Source: a virus
Lineage: Duplodnaviria; Caudoviricetes
Strand: one strand, 5' to 3'
DNA length: 56,940 bases
IMG/VR virus record: IMGVR_UViG_3300032093_009193
Location: 1 to 56,940 of that record
In this document: in pieces, positions 9,490 through 17,787 of the stretch
Position numbering within the stretch: the first letter of the stretch is position 1
Layout: every line of letters starts with the position of its first letter
Notes under the pieces: generated by a model
Databases searched by the model: none
What the model saw: the letters and a program-made list of their open reading frames with translations, nothing else
What the model was told of the DNA's origin: nothing
Position numbers and translations under genes: made by a program

Positions 9490-10141
9490 GTTTTTTATCC
9501 TTTAATATTTCAATATATCTCTTACCATGAAATCCAAAACAATTTTCAAGTTTATGGTCTTCCGAAATTGGTATCTCTACTGAAAATTTTTTTGCCAATT
9601 CCACTGGAGCAAATTTGATACCATTTTCTTCTAACATTTTTCTGACCACTACCGAAATTGTTACATCCTCATTTGTTAATGATTGTTTATGAAATTCTCT
9701 AAATCCAGATATTTTATTTGTCATATCATATAATTTTCTAGAACGAATAGAAAATCCACCATTACCCACCACTGGACTATTTCCTGTCCATCTCATTCCA
9801 GAAGGCCACGGTGCTCCGATATAATCGTAGTTTAAAAAATCGTCATCCCATAAATTATAATTTATTGGAAATCCATCAGTCTGAACAACCATGAAATATT
9901 CAGAATCTGAATAGTTAATTAATTTTTGAAATAACAATTCATTTAAATCGCAATAATTTAAAATATCAATATACTTAACATTAAATTCATTGTTGTTGTA
10001 TTCTTTACTTGGTGTTAAAAACAATACTTCAGATATAAAATAATTTAAATTAGTTAAAATATTTTTAGCAATATTTTGATACTGTTCAGTTTCAGTTCCA
10101 AGGCCATCCACTATAGTTAGTGCTATATTTTTTATATTCAT
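9470..10141 (-). CDS. DUF5672-like putative glycosyltransferase
   Basis: VQTDG, YDYIGAPW, VGNGGFSIRSRK, NEDV, FSVE and FGFHG. Start moved to MNIK (10141), which overlaps the upstream stop as ATGA. Confidence 0.75.
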   Translation of the reverse strand: MNIKNIALTIVDGLGTETEQYQNIAKNILTNLNYFISEVLFLTPSKEYNNNEFNVKYIDILNYCDLNELLFQKLINYSDSEYFMVVQTDGFPINYNLWDDDFLNYDYIGAPWPSGMRWTGNSPVVGNGGFSIRSRKLYDMTNKISGFREFHKQSLTNEDVTISVVVRKMLEENGIKFAPVELAKKFSVEIPISEDHKLENCFGFHGKRYIEILKDKKHELFCN

Positions 10142-10779
10142 CTCACATCTTCTAAACAATGATGATCATCTGGTCCCTTCCAATATGGCCCAGGAACATT
10201 TGGTGGAATTCCATAACCTCTAAATTTATGCTTATGCCAAACCCTAACATCCTTTGCAGGGTTATACACCCTGTATTTAGCTTCAACAAAACACTGCATT
10301 ATTCTCAAATCGCAAGAATAGTAACCTATTGGAAAATCTCCATTTTTTACTTTAGACTTTCCCCTCCATACCCAAACATCATTTGACTCTGGTGCTGCTC
10401 TTCCATTTTGATGAAAACCATTTATAAAATAATGATCATCTTCTGGATACCATCTACTCAGGCCAATGGCAATTTCATCTGTAACTTTTTCATCTAATTC
10501 TAAAATACTATAATCAAAATAAATATCAGAATTTGCTATAAAATTTAGATCTTCTGGATTCGAAGCTTCTTCTAGATTAAATATATCTTGATATTTTGTT
10601 CTTTCACCAAATGGGTAAATTTTTGTAATTTTTGAAGAAAAAACAGGCAACTCTTCCTTCGTTATGACAAAAATATTATCAAAATATTTTAATTTTGCAT
10701 TATTTATTAGGCAGAAATCATATTCACTTTGCCTGTGTTGATTGTCTGTTTTGATATACTCAACAAATAAATTTTTCAT
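10138..10779 (-). CDS. Hypothetical protein, possible GT-A glycosyltransferase
   Basis: IANSDIYF, LSRW, DVWVW, CD and NP...H.H; translationally coupled within the glycan cluster. Confidence 0.45.
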   Translation of the reverse strand: MKNLFVEYIKTDNQHRQSEYDFCLINNAKLKYFDNIFVITKEELPVFSSKITKIYPFGERTKYQDIFNLEEASNPEDLNFIANSDIYFDYSILELDEKVTDEIAIGLSRWYPEDDHYFINGFHQNGRAAPESNDVWVWRGKSKVKNGDFPIGYYSCDLRIMQCFVEAKYRVYNPAKDVRVWHKHKFRGYGIPPNVPGPYWKGPDDHHCLEDVR

Positions 10780-11444
10780 TATATAATACCTTTGTTGGTG
10801 TAGTAAGTATTTTTTGCAGAATTTCCAATAATTTGTTCTTTATTCTGCCCCATGTCTATTAGACCTCTTATTTTTGAATCTCCATCCGAAATACCCATCA
10901 CAATCACAGCATCATCTTTATTGTAATTTGAATCAGCGAATAGACAAAAATTAGATCCAACTAAACCAATTTCAATCTGAATTTCTTCCAAAACTTCCAA
11001 CATAATTTCGTGATCAAAAAACTTTTTTTCATTTTTTAAATAATACTCGCACTTTTCAATCCATTTATTGATAAATTCAAATGATTTTTCATTTCCACTT
11101 AAATATATTGGAGATGCCTTTGGAATAAAATTTCCCTTTTCATTTATACTATTAGTGGCAAAAACAACATCAGAATTTATATTTTCAAACATATCAAGTT
11201 TTTTATAAACATAACTGTCAATGTCTAGCCAAATAACTGGACCGTTAATTTTTTCCATACACTTTAGTATAAACGAAGGTTTATATAAACAATTAGATCT
11301 ATAAGAACCTCTTGATGTAATTTCTTCAACATAATATGGCATATTTAATTTTTGCATATTTTTAATAAAATGAAATGCATGTGAAGAATAATAAGTATTA
11401 TTTGTATCTACATCGCAAAAGTATGATATTACTGTAGTTTTCAT
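10779..11444 (-). CDS. Nucleotide-diphospho-sugar transferase-like (GT34/GT77-like), paralog B
   Basis: KPSFIL, VIWLDIDS (DXD), W...C and FDHE; clear paralog of the adjacent gene. Confidence 0.65.
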   Translation of the reverse strand: MKTTVISYFCDVDTNNTYYSSHAFHFIKNMQKLNMPYYVEEITSRGSYRSNCLYKPSFILKCMEKINGPVIWLDIDSYVYKKLDMFENINSDVVFATNSINEKGNFIPKASPIYLSGNEKSFEFINKWIEKCEYYLKNEKKFFDHEIMLEVLEEIQIEIGLVGSNFCLFADSNYNKDDAVIVMGISDGDSKIRGLIDMGQNKEQIIGNSAKNTYYTNKGII

Positions 11445-12124
11445 GATTGTACTAAAAATTTATTTCCTGGGCATTGAAATCTTATATTATTTTCATCAAA
11501 TCCCATTTTTCTAAGAGATTCTTCTTTTGATTGACCATCGGCCAATCCCATAGTAATTATTGGCTCCCCACCAATAACCTGCAAACCAGGCCAAACGCAA
11601 TAAGCATTACTTAAACATGCCATCCTAATGCCTGTATTTTCTGTTATAATTTTATTAAAAATACCCATTAAGACCTCATGGTCAAACATAGTATCTCTCT
11701 GACTTTCCACCTGTTCGCTCGCTTCTATCCAAGCATACATGAATTCTAATGTCTTTGGTGTATAGTTAACATAGATTGGAGAAGCTTTTGGTAGAGCTAT
11801 TGATGGATCTTCTTTTGTTGGAACCTTTGGAAAGGCAAATCCAACATCGACTTTATCTTTAAATTCATCAAAAACATCTAATGATTTATGTACTATAGAA
11901 TCTATGTCTAGCCAAACTAATGGCTTTCTAAATTCATTCATCATATCTAAAATAAATCTAGGTTTTGACAGACAATTGGATCTGTAAGATCCTTTTGATT
12001 TTTTCTCCCTTATTATGTGGGGAATTCCTAAATTATCTAAATTTTTAGTTAATCTTTTAGAGTGATCGCTATAATAGGTGCGACCATCAACATCAGAATA
12101 AAAAGAAATCACTGGAGTTATCAT
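11441..12124 (-). CDS. Nucleotide-diphospho-sugar transferase-like (GT34/GT77-like), paralog A
   Basis: KPRFIL, LVWLDIDS, PKASPIY and FDHE. Confidence 0.65.
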   Translation of the reverse strand: MITPVISFYSDVDGRTYYSDHSKRLTKNLDNLGIPHIIREKKSKGSYRSNCLSKPRFILDMMNEFRKPLVWLDIDSIVHKSLDVFDEFKDKVDVGFAFPKVPTKEDPSIALPKASPIYVNYTPKTLEFMYAWIEASEQVESQRDTMFDHEVLMGIFNKIITENTGIRMACLSNAYCVWPGLQVIGGEPIITMGLADGQSKEESLRKMGFDENNIRFQCPGNKFLVQS

Positions 12125-12131
12125 GGTCTAG

Positions 12132-12139
12132 TATTTATA
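12132..12139 (-). promoter_or_regulatory. T4-type late promoter TATAAATA at the head of the main glycan operon
   Basis: Exact TATAAATA overlapping the GT10 stop codon, 7 nt before the ATG at 12124. Confidence 0.65.
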
Positions 12140-12977
12140 AATTTTGAATTAGTTTATACAGAACATCGTCTGCATTTTCCATCTTATTTACCTTTTCAAA
12201 ATTTTCCCTTATTGCTTCAATTTTTGAGTAGTATAGCTCTGGTGTCAATGAGTTGATATCGAAACTAGAATCTAATGTTATTATTCCATCAGCGTTGAAA
12301 TAATTGCCAATATCTTTGGTTCCCCAGTAAACTGGTATAGTCCCCGTTGCGAAGCAGTCTGTTATCTTTTCTGTAAAATATGTACTATATCGATCATTCT
12401 CAATCACTATGGAGAACATGTAGTCATTCATTGCTTTTGATTTGTCACCCCAAGGTTTTTTCTCATAACCAAATCTCGGAGAACCTAGAACACCACCAAA
12501 AAGATCAACTTTATCTTTAAATTTTTCAGCAAAATGATGTCTTAATTCATGACCTATCGTCAATTTTTTACTAGATGCAATCATGGATGCTATTTTAGTT
12601 TTATCGAAAATTTTTCTATCTTCTATCCACGGCAAATTGCTTCCAGCAAACGAAAATTTAAAGTTGTTAAACTTTTCACAATATTCTCTATCCGAGATAT
12701 AAACAGCATCAAAAGAGTCATTGATCAATTGTGCGTTTTGATCGAATAGGTGTTTGGGTATGTACATACCAAAAAAAATTGCTCTGGATTCGCATATCCA
12801 TGCAATTTTCTTTTCCCCTGGTTTCTTTTTGTAATTTATACCGTGAGGTATTGCTGCATCTATAAAAACTTTAATATTACAATCTTCAGCTGTCCAAGAA
12901 AAATATTTTGGTTTTAGATCAGAACAGGATGAAAGATTGATATCAAACGGTGCTCCAAAAGCTTGCATTAAATCCAT
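12135..12977 (-). CDS. GT10 (alpha-1,3-fucosyltransferase-like) glycosyltransferase
   Basis: YMFSIVIEN...YFTEKITDCFATGTIPVYWG matches the GT10 C-terminal motif. Confidence 0.8.
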   Translation of the reverse strand: MDLMQAFGAPFDINLSSCSDLKPKYFSWTAEDCNIKVFIDAAIPHGINYKKKPGEKKIAWICESRAIFFGMYIPKHLFDQNAQLINDSFDAVYISDREYCEKFNNFKFSFAGSNLPWIEDRKIFDKTKIASMIASSKKLTIGHELRHHFAEKFKDKVDLFGGVLGSPRFGYEKKPWGDKSKAMNDYMFSIVIENDRYSTYFTEKITDCFATGTIPVYWGTKDIGNYFNADGIITLDSSFDINSLTPELYYSKIEAIRENFEKVNKMENADDVLYKLIQNL

Positions 12978-12981
12978 ATAG

Positions 12982-13404
12982 TCACTTTCCTATATGGTAT
13001 TTAGGTATCAATTCCCAATCCTTTTTATCTCCATGTGATAAAATTTTAATTCTTGCTAGGCTTATTTGTGGATCTCTGTAATCTTCGGAGTTTATGGCTT
13101 GGCATAAACCCCACTCAACCAAAAGTCTTACTATTGTATTTCTTCTTGAAATGTCCTCGTCGGATAAGTCACTTTCTAGATCATCTAATAAAAACATCTC
13201 TTTAAAGTGCAAAATCCAATATCTTGATCTTTTGTGTAAGATATGACAAGATTGGAACAATTTTTTATCTTTTTTTGAGGAAACGCCAATTCTAGTTAAA
13301 GTTTCTTTTATTTTAAGAAAATCTTCTTTAGAATTTAATTTAATCTCTACACCCAAACCATCCATTATTTCATCTACAGTATCTTCCATACATAAAAACT
13401 CCAT
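12982..13404 (-). CDS. regA: Translational repressor RegA
   Basis: DFLKIKETLTRIGV, LFQSCHILHK, HFKEMF.LD, RRNTI..LL.EWGL and W.L.PKY.IG; follows gp62. The start may be 13389, which has GGAG upstream. Confidence 0.95.
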   Translation of the reverse strand: MEFLCMEDTVDEIMDGLGVEIKLNSKEDFLKIKETLTRIGVSSKKDKKLFQSCHILHKRSRYWILHFKEMFLLDDLESDLSDEDISRRNTIVRLLVEWGLCQAINSEDYRDPQISLARIKILSHGDKKDWELIPKYHIGK

Positions 13405-13416
13405 AAATTATAATAT

Positions 13417-13424
13417 TATTTATA
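13417..13424 (-). promoter_or_regulatory. T4-type late promoter TATAAATA upstream of regA
   Basis: Exact match in the gp62-regA intergenic gap. Confidence 0.65.
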
Positions 13425-13435
13425 ATTTAGGGGTT

Positions 13436-13807
13436 TTAGAATTTACCTAACTGTTCCCTTATGTATTTTAAGTTATTTTCTTTAAATAGTGGTAAAACTT
13501 CTTTGGCTTTTTCTTTAGAATATCCATAGTATTCCATAATATTCTTCAGATCATCGGAATCAACATCTTCCTTTACCCATTTTGAAAATCTATTTTTCTT
13601 CTTAAAGGTGTAAAAATAATAATCATATTGCATCTTTTTAGGCAATTCGTGAAATTTATTCATAAAATTTACATGAAAAAGACACTCAGAAAAATAAGAA
13701 AATGACTTATTTACAACATAAGGATTGTAAAACTTTTCAATTTCTGGATCTGTATCCATTATATTCTTTTTTGTCGAATTGATGGATTTTAAAAAGTCTG
13801 AAAGCAT
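13436..13807 (-). CDS. 62: Clamp loader small subunit gp62
   Basis: YNPYVVNKSFS, QYDY, RFSKW and YYGYS..KA; synteny 45-44-62-regA. Confidence 0.92.
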   Translation of the reverse strand: MLSDFLKSINSTKKNIMDTDPEIEKFYNPYVVNKSFSYFSECLFHVNFMNKFHELPKKMQYDYYFYTFKKKNRFSKWVKEDVDSDDLKNIMEYYGYSKEKAKEVLPLFKENNLKYIREQLGKF

Positions 13808-13813
13808 GAATTT

Positions 13814-14761
13814 TTAACCTTTAAACTCACATGTCATCATAATTTGAACCATGCAAGCCATTAAATGAATTTCTAGGTCTGCTACTCGGCTCATATCCTT
13901 CTGATACTCCCCAAGTATCAGAATAGCCTGTGGAATGCTAGAAGGGCTTAAACAGCCGTATAGGCTGTCATAAAGCTTTCTAATGACATCGGTTTCAGAG
14001 AGGTGGGAATTGGTGACAATCCACTTTCTAACTTCTGGCAAATTCTTTGTCTTCAAAAATCCAATTAAATTCTTAATTTGCTCCTCTGTGATATTCATCA
14101 ATATTCCAGAGTCAATCGTACCAGACACGCCATATCTTTGAAGTTCATTCAAAATTCTACGCATATCTGGAAAATATTTCATAATAAGTTGACTTAAAAT
14201 CTTCTTATCGCATGAAATGTTTTCGTTCTTAAGAATATCCATGCAGCGATCCATCATCTCAGCCGCAATGGATGCTTTTTCAGAAACTGGAATATTAAAG
14301 TCAATACAAGTACAGCGAGAGTGAATAGGCTCAATAATTCTCGACTTATAGTTGCAAGTTATAATGAATCTACAGTTTTTTGAAAATTCTTCAATTGCAC
14401 CCCTCAAGGCTGGCTGAATACTTTGTGCATTTGAATAATCAAACTCATCCAAAATTACCACTTTCTTTGTATCGTGGAATGAGACTGTACTCGCAAATTG
14501 TCTGATTTTTGTTCTGAGGGTATCGATATTTCCGTCTTCAGAACAGTTAATCATGATCCAATCGCAATTCAATTCATTACACAAAGCCTTGGCTACTGTC
14601 GTCTTTCCAGTTCCAGCAGAACCTGATAATAGTAGATTTTGTGGCTCCTTTTTAGCAACCATGTCCTTGAAGGTTTGCTTCAAGGACTTTGGTAGGATGC
14701 ATTCTTGAATTGTTTGTGGTCTGTACTTCTCTACAAACAAAAATTCTTTAGAATTTGTCAT
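13814..14761 (-). CDS. 44: Clamp loader large subunit gp44
   Basis: VEKYRP, Walker A GSAGTGKTT, Walker B ILDEFD, SRC motif and FPDMRR. Confidence 0.97.
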   Translation of the reverse strand: MTNSKEFLFVEKYRPQTIQECILPKSLKQTFKDMVAKKEPQNLLLSGSAGTGKTTVAKALCNELNCDWIMINCSEDGNIDTLRTKIRQFASTVSFHDTKKVVILDEFDYSNAQSIQPALRGAIEEFSKNCRFIITCNYKSRIIEPIHSRCTCIDFNIPVSEKASIAAEMMDRCMDILKNENISCDKKILSQLIMKYFPDMRRILNELQRYGVSGTIDSGILMNITEEQIKNLIGFLKTKNLPEVRKWIVTNSHLSETDVIRKLYDSLYGCLSPSSIPQAILILGEYQKDMSRVADLEIHLMACMVQIMMTCEFKG

Positions 14762-14764
14762 TTT

Positions 14765-15451
14765 TTATTCCGTATAGTAAGAATCTGGCTCCATTGCAAA
14801 CCAATACCTAAGATTAATGTTTTGATTTTCAAACTGCCCAGCAATATTCTTTGAGAAGGTTACCTCATAATCTCCAGGAAGAAGGCGAATATTCTCAATC
14901 TTGAAGTTTAGTGAAAACTCAGCCCCATTGCTATCCCCCTCCAATTGCACCTTGTAACTATTGCTAGTCGGATCTTTCATATCAGATAGATGGGCGTAAA
15001 TATTAGAACCATCGCTAATAAATGAAAGATCTGGCAATTGGAGAACAGAAGAAATTCTATGAAGTTCATTGAATAGTCCATCTGGAATCTGAGTCGTGAC
15101 ACTCATGCTTGGCATATTTACAGTCTTCTGTGGATATGTTAGAAGCCTTGGTTCAGAATAGTTGTACTTGACTACAGAACCATTTGAACCCGTAATGCTT
15201 ACGCTCTTCTCACCAAATTCAAATTGAGGATTGTTAAACAAACTTACAAGTCCTAAAAACTTGTTCAGATCCCAAATTCCAAATTCAACATCAAAAGTTT
15301 CCTCAATGACTGCCTCAGCCATTCCACTTTTAGATGGGGTAATAGTTTTAATAACATTTCCTGGCTTCACAAGAATGTTTGAATTCATAGAAGCAAAGTT
15401 TTTAAGAATCGATAAAGTTGTTTTGCTGATTGTAATAGATGTAGATGTCAT
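14765..15451 (-). CDS. 45: Sliding clamp gp45
   Basis: TLSILKNFASMN, FGIWDLNKFLG, LQLPDL, LLPGDY and YWFAME. Confidence 0.95.
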   Translation of the reverse strand: MTSTSITISKTTLSILKNFASMNSNILVKPGNVIKTITPSKSGMAEAVIEETFDVEFGIWDLNKFLGLVSLFNNPQFEFGEKSVSITGSNGSVVKYNYSEPRLLTYPQKTVNMPSMSVTTQIPDGLFNELHRISSVLQLPDLSFISDGSNIYAHLSDMKDPTSNSYKVQLEGDSNGAEFSLNFKIENIRLLPGDYEVTFSKNIAGQFENQNINLRYWFAMEPDSYYTE

Positions 15452-15459
15452 AAATCACC

Positions 15460-15488
15460 ATTGTATCAAAATTATTCAAAGTCGTCAA
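15460..15488 (-). promoter_or_regulatory. Sigma70-type (early) promoter for gp45: TTGACG-N17-TACAAT with extended -10 TG
   Basis: Minus strand reads TTGACG actttgaataattttga TACAAT; the ATG is 8 nt after the -10. Confidence 0.7.
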
Positions 15489-15651
15489 GATCGTCTTCAT
15501 CCAAATGGCTATAGTCGCCACTGACGAAATTCTTCAACTTATTTTTATATTCATTTCTTTCTGAAGATTTTTCACGATCCTTGATGCCACGATCATAAGT
15601 TTTAACTGTTTTTTTGTGTTCGCCTTTTCCGTTTTTATCTTTCTTTGACAT
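15472..15651 (-). CDS. Small hypothetical protein (59 aa), basic N-terminus and acidic C-terminus
   Basis: Below the ORF-track cutoff; hand-translated MSKKDKNGKGEHKKTVKTYDRGIKDREKSSERNEYKNKLKNFVSGDYSHLDEDDLDDFE. Fills the gap upstream of gp45. Confidence 0.75.
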   Translation of the reverse strand: MSKKDKNGKGEHKKTVKTYDRGIKDREKSSERNEYKNKLKNFVSGDYSHLDEDDLDDFE

Positions 15652-15660
15652 TTTTTACCC

Positions 15661-15981
15661 TTATAATTCTACCCAAATTAGACCACTCTCGTCAAGTACT
15701 CTTGTAAACAATCTACCAGATTGTCTATCCAACCACCTATCTCCTTCATTCGTGTTTTGTGGTTCAAGAATACTATAATAAAATCTAGACGATATCTCAA
15801 ATTCTTTCCAAGCACTTCCTATGGTTTTTGGTTGAATTCCAACTATAACATCAGTTGCAATATATTTTTTATTCTCAAAATCTACAACATCACCAGTATA
15901 GTATGTGCTGACATTTCCATTCTTGTCGTATTTTCTGTAAATTCCTCTTAGGTTTACATCTTCTGGTTTATACTCAATCAT
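15661..15981 (-). CDS. Hypothetical protein with a CBM5/12-like module and a fibre-like GDRWLD motif
   Basis: Y..GDVV.F....Y.A.......P......W, then EP.....GDRWLD...GRLF.......WVE. ATGA-adjacent overlap with the gp46 stop. Confidence 0.55.
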   Translation of the reverse strand: MIEYKPEDVNLRGIYRKYDKNGNVSTYYTGDVVDFENKKYIATDVIVGIQPKTIGSAWKEFEISSRFYYSILEPQNTNEGDRWLDRQSGRLFTRVLDESGLIWVEL

Positions 15982-17687
15982 CCTACCATCCTGCTAAAGT
16001 TATTTTTCTTTTCAAACTGAAGAACGCTTGTAAATTTATCTACTATTTGATCCGCTTTATGGCTGATCACAAAAACATTTGAATTATTGTTGCCTAGAAT
16101 ATTTAATAGTTTCATTACTTCTTCAGTTCCACCAGCATCTAGAGAAGAATCAAAAACTTCATCCAAGATAAGCAAATTGCAATTTACACTATTCTTCATT
16201 CTTGCGATATCTCTCCAAGCCAATAGAAGTGATAAATCTATTCTCATTTTTTCACCTTCGCTGAAGTTCATGTAAGAAAACTCGTCCCGATTTCTACTTT
16301 TAATCGATTCATTGAATTCTTCGTCAAGGAAAAACTGAACAAAAAAATCCATAGATTTTAAATACTTATTAATATTCTTGTTCATTGCTGGCAAGTAATA
16401 TCGAATTATTTTAGACTTGACACCACCATCTTTCAACAGGGTATAAGCATATTCATAATTTATCAGATCTTCTTTTTTATCTTCTTTTTCAATAATAAGC
16501 ATGTTTAATTCTTTTTCCATCTCAGAAAGTTTTATTTTTTCTTTTTCTACTTCTACACTTTCGTCAGAATCTATGCTTATCTTTGATTTTAAGTTGTCCA
16601 AAGATATTTTGATGGCATACGCTTGTTTTTCAAACTCTTGAATTTTTCCATCAATATTCTTATTATATTCCCTGTCTATATTTATATTTGAGATTAAATT
16701 TTCAATATTTTTAATATTTTCCTGAAATTTAGCGTAGGCAGTATCTATAGTTTTTAACTTTTCAGTCAATTCTAAAATATTTTTATTTTTTGTTTCTTCT
16801 GTTATCTTACCCTTGCATTTTTGGCAAATTTCTTCTTTATCGTAAAAAGAAAGTTCATCGATTATTGTTTCCTTTTTACTTTCCAACTGAGATATTAATT
16901 TGTTTAATTTATTTAATTCTTTCACATTATCGGAATAGACAGTCTCATCTATTTGTTTTTTAGTTGAATTTTCTTTCTCTATCTTATCTAATAATACTTT
17001 GTAATTATTTGTCTTTTGTTGTATCTCAGTTTTAATTTCTTCAATATTTGAAGAACTTTTAGTTTTGTTTATAATGATTTTTTGATATTCTATTTTTTGA
17101 TTCTGTAAATCAATTTTGTGAGAAATATCTTTAAGATTTTCTTTACACTCGGTTGTTTTAGTTTTTAGCAAATTATTCATTGTCGTAAAAACATCTATGT
17201 CCAATATATTTTCAATTACAGATCTTCTGTCTGATGCTGTTAATTGCATAAATGGTATAAAGGAAGAACTTCCAAGTATTACTACCTGACTAAATGTTTT
17301 GAAATTCATCTTCAAGATTTGTTTTTCCAACAAATCTTGGTAATCCGAAGACTTAGCATCCTGATTTAGCATTTTGTCATTTTTGAATATTTCAAATATC
17401 TTTGGATTCAATCCTCTGCGGATTTTATATTCATCATTTCCTATTTCAAAAAAAATCTCAACTATACTTTCTTTGCTATTGATTGAATTCTGCAATTGTG
17501 GTATGTTGATTTTTCTAAAAGGTTTTCCAAAGAGTGCGAATGTTATAGAATCTAGAAGTGCAAATGACTTCCCACTTCCATTGCTCCCACAAACTAATGT
17601 TGTTGGAGATTTTGTTAATTCTAGTTCAGTAAACCTATTTCCAAATGACCCAAAGTTTTTAAATCTTATCTTCTTGAATATTATCAT
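15978..17687 (-). CDS. 46: Recombination endonuclease ATPase subunit gp46 (Rad50/SbcC-like)
   Basis: FKNFGSFGN, Walker A GSNGSGKS, Zn hook CQKC, signature FSEGEK, LILDEVFDSSLD and ISH. Start set at MIIFKK. Confidence 0.96.
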   Translation of the reverse strand: MIIFKKIRFKNFGSFGNRFTELELTKSPTTLVCGSNGSGKSFALLDSITFALFGKPFRKINIPQLQNSINSKESIVEIFFEIGNDEYKIRRGLNPKIFEIFKNDKMLNQDAKSSDYQDLLEKQILKMNFKTFSQVVILGSSSFIPFMQLTASDRRSVIENILDIDVFTTMNNLLKTKTTECKENLKDISHKIDLQNQKIEYQKIIINKTKSSSNIEEIKTEIQQKTNNYKVLLDKIEKENSTKKQIDETVYSDNVKELNKLNKLISQLESKKETIIDELSFYDKEEICQKCKGKITEETKNKNILELTEKLKTIDTAYAKFQENIKNIENLISNINIDREYNKNIDGKIQEFEKQAYAIKISLDNLKSKISIDSDESVEVEKEKIKLSEMEKELNMLIIEKEDKKEDLINYEYAYTLLKDGGVKSKIIRYYLPAMNKNINKYLKSMDFFVQFFLDEEFNESIKSRNRDEFSYMNFSEGEKMRIDLSLLLAWRDIARMKNSVNCNLLILDEVFDSSLDAGGTEEVMKLLNILGNNNSNVFVISHKADQIVDKFTSVLQFEKKNNFSRMVG

Positions 17688-17787
17688 TATTGATAACCTT
17701 TTCTGGCACAATCATGGATCTAAATTTTATTTTTTGTTCAGTATCTTCAACAAAAAGATAATCATCTGCTGTTTTTTCTTTGTTCAT
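17659..17787 (-). CDS. Small hypothetical protein (42 aa) between gp47 and gp46
   Basis: Hand-translated MNKEKTADDYLFVEDTEQKIKFRSMIVPEKVINNDNIQEDKI. ATGA overlap with the gp47 stop; the end overlaps the gp46 start. Confidence 0.55.
   Translation of the reverse strand: MNKEKTADDYLFVEDTEQKIKFRSMIVPEKVINNDNIQEDKI

Noticed and set aside
1-12977. Glycan island as a DNA hypermodification system
   Set aside because: No hydroxymethylase, TET/JBP, dNMP kinase or T4 alpha/beta-glucosyltransferase-like gene recognised; late promoters and the diversity of GT families fit a complex glycan better. Not formally excluded.
1-12977. Glycan island as contaminating bacterial O-antigen/capsule DNA (chimeric contig)
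   Set aside because: It is co-oriented with and abuts regA, carries T4 late promoters at both ends and lacks wzx/wzy/wzz or other membrane components.
3432-16686. Extra TATAAATA matches inside genes (about 3432, 3603 and 16679)
   Set aside because: They are intragenic, far from start codons and expected by chance in DNA this AT-rich.
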